DNA of 63,594 nt, filler included, from Octopus bimaculoides (GCF_001194135.2; 5 parts of 5 records of this genome joined end to end with filler, not necessarily neighbours in it); one strand, 5' to 3'. Positions 11,771-22,444 are shown, counted from the first letter of the whole stretch. The notes: generated by a model not told the origin, from the sequence alone. Program-made: numbers and translations.

Positions 11771-12099
11771 GTATTTTTGCCATCTCTCTGCATCTGAATT
11801 TGCTTTATCTCAGTGATCAGGCCAGGAAAGGGAAGGGCTGCGCCAGTTTTAAAATACCCAAGACAATCCCTATGTTACGATGTACAACAACGTACTTTCA
11901 GGTTCTGTTCCACTGCACACAACATTTACTATGTGTCTTCCGCTTCTGCAATAGCTAACNNNNNNNNNNNNNNNNNNNNNNNNNNNNNNNNNNNNNNNNN
12001 NNNNNNNNNNNNNNNNNNNNNNNNNNNNNNNNNNNNNNNNNNNNNNNNNNNNNNNNNNNNNNNNNNNNNNNNNNNNNNNNNNNNNNNNNNNNNNNNNNN

Positions 12100-12335
12100 G
12101 TGTGTGTGTGTGTGTGTGTGTGTAAGTGTGTGTGTGTGTATGTGTGTGTGTGTGTGTGTGTGTCTGCCTGCCTCTGTTTGTCAGCCGCCCCTTTACAGCC
12201 GGTTTGAGTTGTTTACATCACTTTAAACTGGCAGTTTTGTTAAAAGAACGAGACCGATAGAGTAAGTACAAGACTTCCAGGCAGTGCTCCAGCATGGACG
12301 TAGTCCAATGACTGAAGCAAGTAAAAGACAAAAGG
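12100..12335 (+). mobile_element. SINE family D, 3' half ((TG)n plus tail)
   Basis: (TG)n...gagaccgatagagtaagtac...ggcagtgctccagcatggacgtagtccaatgactgaagcaagtaaaaga. Confidence 0.8.
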
Positions 12336-12665
12336 TATACTAACTATATAAAAAAAAAGACTAACTACAAAAAAGGAATATATTAGATGAGATCGGCGGA
12401 TTGGTCATGGCCAGAACACATTTGGCCATAAGTTTCTTTGATCAGGACTAATCTGAGATTAAACAACGACAGTTAGAGAAAAATATAGCAAGAAGCAAAT
12501 GGAACGAAAAATGTTGAAATTAAACATCTTTTATTTCATTAGATCTTAAAACGAAGCCGGCGAAACTTTGCAGGACTTCGTCCCCGCATATTTCATATAT
12601 GAGGGGAGAAAAAAGATAATAAAAACAGCATTAGCACGTTTTTATTTAACTTGGTTTTTCAGTAC

Positions 12666-12710
12666 CTGGTTTTGAAGTGGTCACAGGAATTTCTTTCACA
12701 ATGTTCAGTT
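12666..12710 (-). CDS. Internal 45-nt coding exon (phase 1-1), putative stalk segment after the Ig domain: (E)LNIVKEIPVTTSKP
   Basis: Acceptor ttatgtttcttcttccag and donor AG|gtactg. Length is a multiple of 3. The frame is open and phase-compatible with the Ig exon at 16211-16347. Confidence 0.6.
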
Positions 12711-12744
12711 CTGGAAGAAGAAACATAATTTTTGTTAAGATTAA

Positions 12745-13175
12745 CTGGCGCATTCCTGTTCTCGAGAAAACCCGCCCACCACAACAGAATTAAGATCCTT
12801 AAAACAAGGTGCCAGGTAAAAAGCATTCGTATGGGTGCTGGTGCCACGTGGAAAACCCTGGTGATGGAGCCACGTAAAAGCATTGGTACTGGCGCCACGT
12901 AAAAGGCACTGGTGATGATGTCACGTAAAAAGCACCCAGTACACTTTGTAGAGTGGTTAGCGTTAGGAAGAGCATCCAGCCATAGAAACCAGAAACCAAT
13001 ACAAAACAGACCAGAGAACTTTGTGCGGCCCCAGACCTTGTCAGTTCCTGTGAAGCCCTCCAACCCATGCCAGATAGAAAACGGACGTTAAATGTTGATG
13101 ATGAGGAGAATGTTGTTGATGATAATTATGATGATGATGACGACGACGATGATGATGATGATGATGATGATGACG
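12745..13175 (+). mobile_element. RTE LINE 3' UTR fragment with an internal cacgtaaaa array and (GAT)n tail
   Basis: Five tgccacgt(a/g)aaa units followed by ttagcgttaggaagagcatccagc...aacccatgccag...ggacgttaaatg(atg)n. Confidence 0.8.
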
Positions 13176-13458
13176 ATTAATGTACATATATTCACGACCA
13201 CCCTCCACACACACACACACACACACACACATTATCAATTGTTTTCATGCGAGAGATGGAGATCCCAAACCAGCAGTCCACAGAAATGACTGAAAGTGTC
13301 CCATTCGCTTAACGAGCCTTTGGGCTGTTGTAAAATAAAAGAAATAGAAAACACTCCATCTCTGATATGAAAACTTTTGGTAATGCGATATTATAGCCAT
13401 GAGACTGTAATGTAATATTCTTTTATTATCATTATTGTTATTGTTGTTGTTGTTATTT

Positions 13459-13516
<58 letters not shown>

Positions 13517-14732
13517 TATTCTCACTCTATTACTTAATATATGAGTGCTAATTTTTTTGTTTGACTCATGCATATGTGTGTGCGCGCGCGTACGTACATA
13601 CATACATACATACAATTGTTAAAGAGGACAACAAGCGTTAAGGCAAGGCAAGCGTCTCAAGTCATGTACGTTATTATTATTGGAAAAATTCAGTCTTATT
13701 GCTGTTTCTGGGATATCCCAGAGTATGGGATATTCCGTCATCGGAGACAAATAGGGAAAATGAGAAGGGTATAGATTAAGGAAATGATGACATAGAGGAC
13801 AGGAGAAAATGAATAAGGAGATGAAGAAAAAGAAAAGAAAAAATGGCATAAAAGTTCACACTTCAACTTTCCGATTGTGTAGTTGTTAGTCCATAAGTCC
13901 TTATTCATTTAGTGATATTCATGTGCATTCGAACGTAATAAGACTTTTCGCTGCGGACGCATGTATTACAGCGTCTTTTCACTTCCTCACCTACGAATAC
14001 CAAATCTGTCTCTGCTATCTCAGGATTGTGCAAGTATGCTCGCCACTGGTCGCTGTAAATCGTTGTTCCCAGCAGAATCGATTATCGTACCCAGCAATTA
14101 AAAACAAAATTAAACTCTTAAGGGGAGGAGTGCTCTTTCCAGCTATGTACCTTTTCTCACGGACACAGACACGCGGCATTTTCTTTGCTACAACGTCAGT
14201 ATATGTTGCCATGACAAGAAATGGATACGACATACGATATATCGGCAATAGAAGCTTCCGATTCGCTAAAATTATATAATTTTAAATTCTTCATTATTAA
14301 TTTCTAGTAAATAATGAATACGATTTTCGTCATCACCAAGCAAAATTATATCAATGTAGAAAATTTGAAATATTTCAAGTAGTTGGAAGAAATTTAACTA
14401 GATCCGGGTTCAGTCCCACTGCGTGGCACCTTGGGTATGTGTCTTCCACTATAACCACGAGCATACGATGGTAGAAAAATCTGCCTCAACAATTCCGTGT
14501 GACCCAAGCAAGCGTGGAAAAGTGAACGTTAAAGCGATGATGATGATGATGATCTGTGTAGGTGTGTGTCTATAGATAGATAGAGAGCGAGAGAGAGAGA
14601 GGACGGGGAGGTGGAGGAGACAGGAGGTAAAATTATGTGTGAAAGTGCGAAGTCTTTTCTTCTTTAGATTATAGGATGGGATTCGTGCAAAACTAGGCCA
14701 TAGTTTGTCTGGTGACAAACTATGGCCTAGGT

Positions 14733-15175
14733 CAATGCCACTCAAAGTGGTGCTTCGCGGACCAGTACAATAAAAAACTCATCAGCTTGTGTAATATTGT
14801 ATTATTTGTTTACAAAATAAATGTAAGATAAAAATGATTGACAAAATATTTTTGTTGCTTTGAAACCGCGACCTGACAAAATTCCGTGCTGCATTTAGAA
14901 TTTTCTTAGGTCGCGGTCTCAAAGCAACGAAATAGTTTGGCAAATCAAATTTAAATGTTGAGGTGAATCTAACGGTTATAAACACCTTCCAAGCTGCAAT
15001 AGTTTTTGTTTCAGCACACGATCTCAGATCAGGTCACTTGCTATGCAAGTACATCTTCGTAATTATATATATTGTTTCTGATATAAATTAATATTAGTAA
15101 GAAATATTACCGGTCCCTGACACATTGGAAAAAAAACTGCCGATATGCCACATCAGATAGTTTGAGAAGCACTGA
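14733..15175. mobile_element. Non-autonomous hAT (Charlie-like) DNA transposon
   Basis: Termini caatgccactcaaagtggtgcttcgcggacc and ccacatcagatagtttgagaagcactg are Charlie-like imperfect TIRs. The 8-bp flanks gcctaggt and acctaggg share the core cctagg. Confidence 0.75.
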
Positions 15176-15324
15176 CCTAGGGAGCTTTCAGAATGGCACA
15201 CCTGAATGTAAAATTACTTGGTATTTTTTTTTTAGGAGTTCAGTCTGCCTGATAATAAACCATATCTCACGTGATCCGCTTCTCGAAAAAGATTGCCGTG
15301 TTTGTTCTAGAGACTCCATAAGTA

Positions 15325-16200
15325 GGAAAAGAAGTTCAGAGAGCTGCTAACTTTGTGAGTAACAAAGGGCCTCTTCCTCAGAGTGAAAAGCAGATTGTAT
15401 GATGTCTGTGTACGAGCAGCTATGCTACATGGTAGTGAAACTTGGGCTGTAATTGCTGAGGACATTCGAAGGCTTGAAAGAAAAGAAGCCAGCATGCTCT
15501 GTTGGATGGGTAATGTCAGTGTATGTGAACGACAGAGTGTAAACCATTTAAGAGAAAAATTGGGTATAAAAGGCATCAGTTGTGTATAGAAGACAGAAGA
15601 CTACGCTGGTATGGCCATGTGATGCGTGTGGATGAGGACAGTTGCATAAAGAAGTGCTGATCTCTAATTTTAGACGGAACCTGTGGAAGGGGTAAACGCA
15701 GGAAGACGTGGGACGGAATAGTGAGAAATGATCTTTAGTTGCTGTACTTGAGAAGACACGTCAGGCTAAGTAAAATCATGGCCATCCATACACACAAGTA
15801 TGTCCTTTACGGCTATGCTCTCAACTCCATCTCTCAGCCGAGACGTTCATGCCTTGCGGGCTCGCAGGTGCTGGTGCTGGTGCCACGTAAAAAATACACC
15901 CGTTTCGGTATTACGTAAAAAGCACACGTGGCTGTGTCGCGTAATAGGCACCCGTGTCAGTGCCGGGTTAAAATGCACGTAGAAAGCACCTGTGCCACGG
16001 CCACGTAGAAAAGTAACAGTACGCTCTACAAAGTGGTTAGCGTTAGGAAGAGAAACAATTGGAGCATGAGCAGCTCTCCGGTTAGCCTGCTCGTGTCAAG
16101 CCGTCCAACCAATGCCAGCATGGAAAGAAGTTAAATGATGATGATGATGATGATGATGATGACGACGATGATGATGACAGCGATGGTGATGATGATGATG
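15325..16200 (+). mobile_element. 5'-truncated RTE-clade LINE (ORF C-terminus, 3' UTR, (GAT)n tail)
   Basis: RLYDVCVRAAMLHGSETWAVIAEDIRRLERKEASMLCWMGNVSVCERQSVNHLREKLGIKGI, then RLRWYGHVMRVDEDSCIKKC and GTCGRGKRRKTWDG, all typical RTE terminal motifs. Confidence 0.9.
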
Positions 16201-16210
16201 ATATACTCAC

Positions 16211-16347
16211 CGGCTGTTAGTCGAATGCTCGCCTGAACACTGAAGTCTCCGACACGAGACAAACAAGTGTAATATCCCATATCTGAAGACAGGATTTGAA
16301 AGTAGTTCAAATTGACGACTGTAATGTTGACAGATACGGCGCTTATC
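16211..16347 (-). CDS. Internal coding exon: C-terminal half of an immunoglobulin domain (IgSF cell-surface or secreted protein)
   Basis: Acceptor gcatttcgtttgcag and donor G|gtgagt. 137 nt, phase 2 in and phase 1 out. Translates (x)ISAVSVNITVVNLNYFQILSSDMGYYTCLSRVGDFSVQASIRLTA, containing the Ig F-strand motif D-x-G-x-Y-x-C. A phase-1 domain end is typical of IgSF genes. Confidence 0.85.
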
Positions 16348-16959
16348 CTGCAAACGAAATGCACGTCTTTTTATCAGAAAAGAATCTCTAAGAAATGAAG
16401 GGAAAAGGATAACACATACGTACATTCATACACACACATTTATAAATATGCATGCATTCGCTATTAGCGCCGGAAGCAGTTTTATTTCAAAACAATATCC
16501 TGTATATCTTACTTAACGATCATATACCGTAGAAAGTCATAAAACTGTGGTATTCGTCTCGAGACAACATCTCGTGTAGACTTTTGTGTTTTTTAGCACT
16601 CTACTTCTATACAAGATGCTTTGTCAAGATGAAGACTGCAGTTGTGTATCTCCCGATAGTATATCTATTTAAGTGAGACATTCACACACACTCATGTGCG
16701 TGCATTATATGCCTATATGTATATATGTATATNNNNNNNNNNNNNNNNNNNNNNNNNNNNNNNNNNNNNNNNNNNNNNNNNNNNNNNNNNNNNNNNNNNN
16801 NNNNNNNNNNNNNNNNNNNNNNNNNNNNNNNNNNNNNNNNNNNNNNNNNNNNNNNNNNNNNNNNNNNNNNNNNNNNNNNNNNNNNNNNNNNNNNNNNNNN
16901 NNNNNNNNNNNNNNNNNNNNNNNNNAAAAAAAAAAAAAAAAAAAAAAAAAAGTAGGGAC

Positions 16960-17491
16960 AACGATCAAAAGGAATCGAAATCGTTTGGGATATATACAAA
17001 AAAAAAATCAAAATAATATAAAAAGTTCCCAAGAAATGGGGAGGTTTATCCGTGGAAACAAAATCCTATGAAAAGACCACGGTAACCTCGGGCAATACTG
17101 TCACATGTTAACACATTTATTTACAGAAAGTAAGTAACTCTCTGTTTTAAAATTTTTCCCGTTTCGTAAAATCATGCTCAAGGTGACTTCGTCATTCATA
17201 CGTGTCATCCTTGCCACATTCACCCATCTTTTTTTTTAAACATTTGCTAGACAACACTTGCCTCTCTACTCTCACCTTCCTTTTCAAGTGATACTTGAAA
17301 AAGTTGATGAGAGATTCACCAGAGAGGAAAGTGTTTGTCTCTAATCCTTTCAGACGCGTCCACCAGATGCATTCTTTCGCCATAGCCACAAGTACGATAA
17401 AAACAGCTTTTCCTTCCCGTTTAAAGGAAGGAGGCGTGACGATAGACTCGGCTGATAAACCGACTCGTCCCACACGTGACAGCAGTCGTTC
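16960..17491 (-). mobile_element. L1/Tx1-clade LINE 3' end
   Basis: Minus strand reads AVFIVLVAMAKECIWWTRLKGLETNTFLSGESLINFFKYHLKRKVRVERQVLS and, after a frameshift, KRWVNVARM. This resembles the AK..IW..R...ER.....W terminus of Tx1-like ORF2. A T-rich UTR follows. Confidence 0.7.
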
Positions 17492-17536
17492 NNNNNNNNN
17501 NNNNNNNNNNNNNNNNNNNNNNNNNNNNNNNNNNNT

Positions 17537-17548
17537 TAATTAATTAAN
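17537..17548. other. Artificial scaffold-join marker TTAATTAATTAA (also 33459-33470, 60580-60591, 62436-62447)
   Basis: An identical 12-mer centred in N runs four times. It gives stops in all six frames. Confidence 0.9.
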
Positions 17549-17591
17549 NNNNNNNNNNNNNNNNNNNNNNNNNNNNNNNNNNNNNNNNNNN

Positions 17592-17647
<56 letters not shown>

Positions 17648-17744
17648 ATATACATCTATATGCATATATATAAATATATATATACACACATGCATGCACA
17701 CATATACGTATATCATGTATGTAATAGACACACATACACATACA

Positions 17745-17900
17745 CATAAATGATGATCTTCTACACTGTCTATCTGCCAAATCCACTCACAAGATATTGG
17801 TTAATACAGGGCTATAGTGAGAACAGTAGAAGCCATTTGCCCCAAGGTGACATACAGTGAGATTGAACACAAAACCATGTGGTTGCAAACTTAACCACAT
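17745..17900 (-). mobile_element. SINE family D, 5' part (CpG-decayed)
   Basis: ctatctgccaaatccactcacaag...gaagccatttgcccaaggtgacatacagtgagattgaac...aaaccatgtggttgcaa. Confidence 0.75.
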
Positions 17901-18169
17901 AACTTTCTTGCAAAAATTTACAGATGTGAAAAATACCACATAACCTATTGAGCATTATTACATGTAACAGTGTTAAAAAATATCTTTTTAACTTCTGTAC
18001 CAATCCCATGTAATTGTATGTTGTAGATACTGTAACAATATAATTGAACAAAAATGAAATTGAATATCTATAGAGATATTCTATACATGCATACATATAT
18101 ACATACATACATATTGAATGTAACTGCATGTGAACTGTAGGCAATTTTTCTTTATTTTTCCTTCTTTCT

Positions 18170-18225
18170 CATTGGACTTTCCTGTTTCTGATGAAGAGCT
18201 ATGCTTGAAGCATTAAAAACAACTC
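18170..18225 (+). ncRNA. Decayed minimal hammerhead-ribozyme-like motif (Penelope-type tail)
   Basis: gttt-CTGATGA-A-GAGC-tat-GCTT-GAAGC-ATT-AAAAAC. The core order is correct. The differences from CTC-GAAAC-GT are mostly CpG transitions plus one A>G change. Confidence 0.45.
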
Positions 18226-19029
18226 TCTCCATTCACTGAGTGTCAAATTAATATACTTCTTGTGCATGCCTTCATGTTCATTGTTTCTTGTTTTTCTCTC
18301 ATTTTCATAGTTTGTTTATTTGAATTAACTATTTATATCTATGCATATATATAAATCTATAACACGTACAAACTAGAGCATAACATTAAGAAAATATTTC
18401 ATTGCGCACATGAATCTAGTCACTTGCTATCACTATATATAACTACATCAAAATGTTCTTTATTACATGTAAGGAAAACATTAAGTTTATACAAGTAAAA
18501 TTATTGTTTTTTATTATCACACAAAAAGAGTGGAAATTATATTCAACCTCTTGTCAGTGAGGTTAATGTTATTTGCTCTCTTAGGTTCTCATTTTGTTTA
18601 ATATTTTATCTTAAAAATATTTCTTTGATAAACTTGAAATAATCAAGGTAATTCAATAAAACTTTCTGTCTTGAATACACACAAAATATTTAAAAATTTC
18701 AGTAGTTATTTAAATCAATCAATTTATTTTCTTTTTTTAATATTACTTTCACTCTTCAATTCCATGTTTTTTTCTTTTATTTTATTTTATCTACTCTAAA
18801 TTTAGCTTTGTAAAATTTTATTCTTGAATCCTCTCCAAGGTCGTTCAACCATTTTACAGTGACATTATCAAATACACTTTCATTTTGTGTAATTTTACTG
18901 ATGGCCCAACCCTATTTTTTTATTTTTCAAATAATAACTTGGCAAATAAGACATTTGATACATTTTTGCTTGGTGTCAAGGAGACAAAATAACAATTTCT
19001 TATTTTGATAACAACTTTTGTAATGACTG

Positions 19030-19395
19030 CGTGGTTAAGAAGTTCACTTTGTAGCCACACTATACAGCATTTTAGGCAGGTGTCTTCCACAATAGCCTTG
19101 GGCCAACCTTTGCTTTGTGAGTTAATTTAGTAGATGGAAACTGTGTGGAAGTTTATCATACATATACATGAGTGTGCCTGTATGCATGCATGCGTGCATG
19201 TTTCTTTGTGTTTGAGTTTGTCCTTGCTTGACAACCAGTGCTGGTTTGTTCATGTCCCCATAACATAGTAGTTTAGCAAAAGGGTAGAATAAGAACCAAA
19301 TTTTAAAAATAAGTATGGAGTCAATTTGTTCTACTAAACTATGCAAGGCATTGCTCCGGCATGACCACAGTCCAGTAACTGAAACAAATAAAAGA
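19030..19395 (+). mobile_element. SINE family D, near full length, CpG-decayed
   Basis: gcgtggttaagaagttcact...aggcaggtgtcttccacaatagcc...gtagatggaaactg...cttgacaacc...catgaccacagtccagtaactgaaacaa. Confidence 0.85.
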
Positions 19396-19483
19396 AAGAA
19401 TTATTTATCTGTTTCATGCCATAATAACCAATACTGCAGATAAATATTAACTCTTTATCATTCAGATTACTCTATCAAATGTC

Positions 19484-19561
19484 ATGCATATGGCGTAGTG
19501 GTTAAGAGCAGAGGCTACTAACCCCAAGATTCCGAGTTCGATTCCAAGCAGTGACCTGAAC

Positions 19562-19593
<32 letters not shown>

Positions 19594-20395
19594 TAATAAT
19601 AATAATCAATACACTGGAAGCTGTGTCAACACTATGGAATAACAGCAGAAAAAAGATGGTATAAACACACGCCAGAAAAGGTCACAGAAAACAAGAAAGC
19701 AACCATACTCTGGGATATGCCAATACACACAGATAGAGAAATTAAGGCAAATAGACCAGATATAGTCGTCAAAGATNNNNNNNNNNNNNNNNNNNNNNNN
19801 NNNNNNNNNNNNNNNNNNNNNNNNNNNNNNNNNNNNNNNNNNNNNNNNNNNNNNNNNNNNNNNNNNNNNNNNNNNNNNNNNNNNNNNNNNNNNNNNNNNN
19901 NNNNNNNNNNNNNNNNNNNNNNNNNNNNNNNNNNNNNNNNNNNNNNNNNNNNNNNNNNNNNNNNNNNNNNNNNNNNNNNNNNNNNNNNNNNNNNNNNNNN
20001 NNNNNNNNNNNNNNNNNNNNNNNNNNNNNNNNNNNNNNNNNNNNNNNNNNNNNNNNNNNNNNNNNNNNNNNNNNNNNNNNNNNNNNNNNNNNNNNNNNNN
20101 NNNNNNNNNNNNNNNNNNNNNNNNNNNNNNNNNNNNNNNNNNNNNNNNNNNNNNNNNNNNNNNNNNNNNNNNNNNNNGAGGCTACTAACCCCAAGATTCC
20201 GAGTTCGATTCCAAGCAGTGACCTGAACAATAATAATCATAATAATAATAACATCGAAAAATACCTTAGGAATGAGAACCCAGGTTCAAAATTTCCCCAA
20301 GACACCTGAAGAAGGCTGGAGGGTATATCAGCCAAAATGTTGCGTTAACAACAAACAAGATGAGGATAAATATCCGTCAAATGTAAATAATGTCA
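19484..20395 (+). mobile_element. Composite SINE: tRNA-like Pol III head + (AAT)n + hammerhead-motif tail; interrupted by an R4/Dong fragment and an assembly gap
   Basis: A box tggcgtagtgg (19491-19501), B box gagttcgattcc (19534-19545) and hammerhead-like core at 20301-20346. The 14-bp direct repeat aatgtcatgcatat lies at 19478-19491 and 20389-20402. Confidence 0.75.
19607..19776 (+). mobile_element. 5'-truncated R4/Dong LINE fragment inserted in the (AAT)n of a SINE
   Basis: IHWKLCQHYGITAEKRWYKHTPEKVTENKKATILWDMPIHTDREIKANRPDIVVKD is an open REL endonuclease region with an intact RPD motif. It is cut off by the gap. Confidence 0.9.
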
Positions 20396-20654
20396 TGCAT
20401 ATCTATTTACACTGTTTTGAGTTAATCATGTACTATCTTGCTACTGCAACATTTTGATGATGCAATTGCTTATTTTTAGAGTGACATTGTAGGGTAGGTG
20501 TGAGAGGCTGGATCTGGCCAGTTTCAACATAAAACAGGCAGAATATTTGAGCTTTGATATCACCGGTTTAAATGCTAAAGGGGTAATGAATTAATGAATG
20601 CATAATACCAAGATAGCTGGTCAGACTAATCTGCAATGATGAATGTTGAAATTT

Positions 20655-21185
20655 TGGTGGATCTGCCTCTCTTGTCATCATCATCACCATTTAATGCCTG
20701 TTTTCCATGCTGGCATGGGTTGGATGGTTTGACAGGAGCTGGCCAGCTGAAGAGCTGCCCATGCTCCATGCCTGTTTTGATGTGTTTTCTGGGGTTTGAT
20801 TCCCTTCCTAACACCAACCACTTTACAGAATGTACTGGGTGCTTTTATGTAGGCCTGGCATGGGTGTGTTTATGTGGCATTGCCATAAGTGCTTTTTATA
20901 TGGCACCAACACCCATGAGCCAGTAAAATTAGGAACACTCAGTTGGAGAAGACTCAGGGGACATGCCTGTGGACAACTATACTTTAATTTACCTTGAAAT
21001 GTCTTCTGAGGCACAGCAAACTGCCAGGTATCTCAGTCAGTCTCTTGTCACCCCCTTTGTGTGGCCCAACGTCTGAAGATCCTTTCTCACAACTTCATCT
21101 CACTACTTCTTCCTGGGTCTACCCCTTCCACATGTCCTCTCCACAATTTGAGATTGGAATCTCTTCATGCGACTGTATTGTGCCA
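20655..21185 (-). mobile_element. RTE LINE 3' end (ORF terminus + 3' UTR + (GAT)n)
   Basis: tcatcatcatc-catttaatgcctgttttccatgctggcatgggttggatggtttgac is the reverse complement of the RTE tail. cccttccacatgtc...tttcttgg-like sequence encodes the GTCGRG region. Confidence 0.75.
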
Positions 21186-21799
21186 TAATTTTTATGATTC
21201 TAAATCATTCTGAAACTTTTCCTTCTAGTTAAAAGTATAGAACACCAGCTACAAAACACAGTTTCCCAAAACTTGAATCAGGATTCACTAGATTTCTGAA
21301 AATCTCTGTATACCTTCTTATCTTGAGATAAGAGTACAATAAAGATAATATTTTTATTGATAGTTAATGTAACAGTGTTCAATAATCCATTACTATCACT
21401 GTGATATAGTGTATTGTGATAACTGGAACAAGATAAACAACAGCTTTGAGTGACATAGCACACATTCTATGTAAACTTACAAAATTATCTGAGTGGCTGG
21501 TTGCAATTTTTAAGTACTTTATCTACTTTCCAATAGACAGCTCTCTTCAGCATATTTATTTTATATTCAATGTTGTTGCAAGTAGCTCTTTTGAATATGC
21601 AAACAACAATCAGTATTAAATGTCTAGAGTTGCATCATTTAGATAAACATCTACATGATCCCTACTTCTGAGGGTTTGTGTAGAAGAGCATCTTCTACAG
21701 CAGAAGGGCTTAGAAGACGCCTTTCTACAGCCAGAGGGCATCTGGCTGTAAAAGTCTGTCTTCACAAATTCCATCCGATCCACATAAGTATTGAGAAGT

Positions 21800-21998
21800 G
21801 GATGATGCTGATGATGATAATGATGATGATGATGATAATGATAATGATAATGATGATGACGATGAGGATGATAATGATGAGGATGAAGATGAGGAGGAGG
21901 AGGAGGAGGAGGGAGAAGAGGATGATGATGGAGACGAGGAGAAGGATGATGATGAATATGTTGATGAAGCTGATGTTGATGATGAGGATGATGATGAT
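21800..21998. repeat. (GAT)/(GAG) low-complexity trinucleotide tract following an RTE-like tail
   Basis: Degenerate GAT/GAG/AAT run preceded by agggcatctggctgtaaaag...aagtggatgatg. Confidence 0.85.
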
Positions 21999-22444
21999 AA
22001 TGATATATTGTATACACACACACACACATACACACTCATACATACACACATACTACTCTCTCACTCTTGTATCTCTCACCCCTTTTTCTCCTGTTTCTCA
22101 CACACATATGCATGCACTTCTATTTCACCTTTTCTCTCTCACTTTTACATGCACCTTCCTTCCTCTCTCTCTCTCTGTCTCCCCCCCTCTCTCTCTTTAT
22201 AAACTGTCTTCTGATCCAAAGCCCACGTTTTCACGACAGACATCAAACAGAATGTCAATGGCATTAACTTCCCCTATCATAGGAGACAAGCAAAGACCTT
22301 ACATAATGCACTTCAATAAACTTGGTTTTTCTTTTAGCAGAGGTTCCTGAATTTCAACAAAGTTAAGTTATCAAAAGAAAATCTTATATTAAATATTTGG
22401 CCATAACTATATTATTGCAGTAACCAACAGAAGAAGGGATGTGC

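Noticed and set aside
12800-12935. Repeat-spacer pattern superficially like a CRISPR array
   Set aside because: The context is eukaryotic, the repeats are short and degenerate, spacing is irregular, no cas genes are present, and it lies within an RTE 3' UTR.
19484-19560. Possible tRNA gene (A and B boxes, loop CT-ACT-AA)
   Set aside because: The acceptor and anticodon stems do not pair fully, and it is followed by (AAT)n and a repeat tail. It is a SINE head. The same applies to the heads at 2348 and 5567.
21798-22202. Acidic D/E-rich 134-aa ORF
   Set aside because: It is a (GAT)/(GAG) expansion continuing an RTE-like tail and runs into (CA)n. No splice context supports it.
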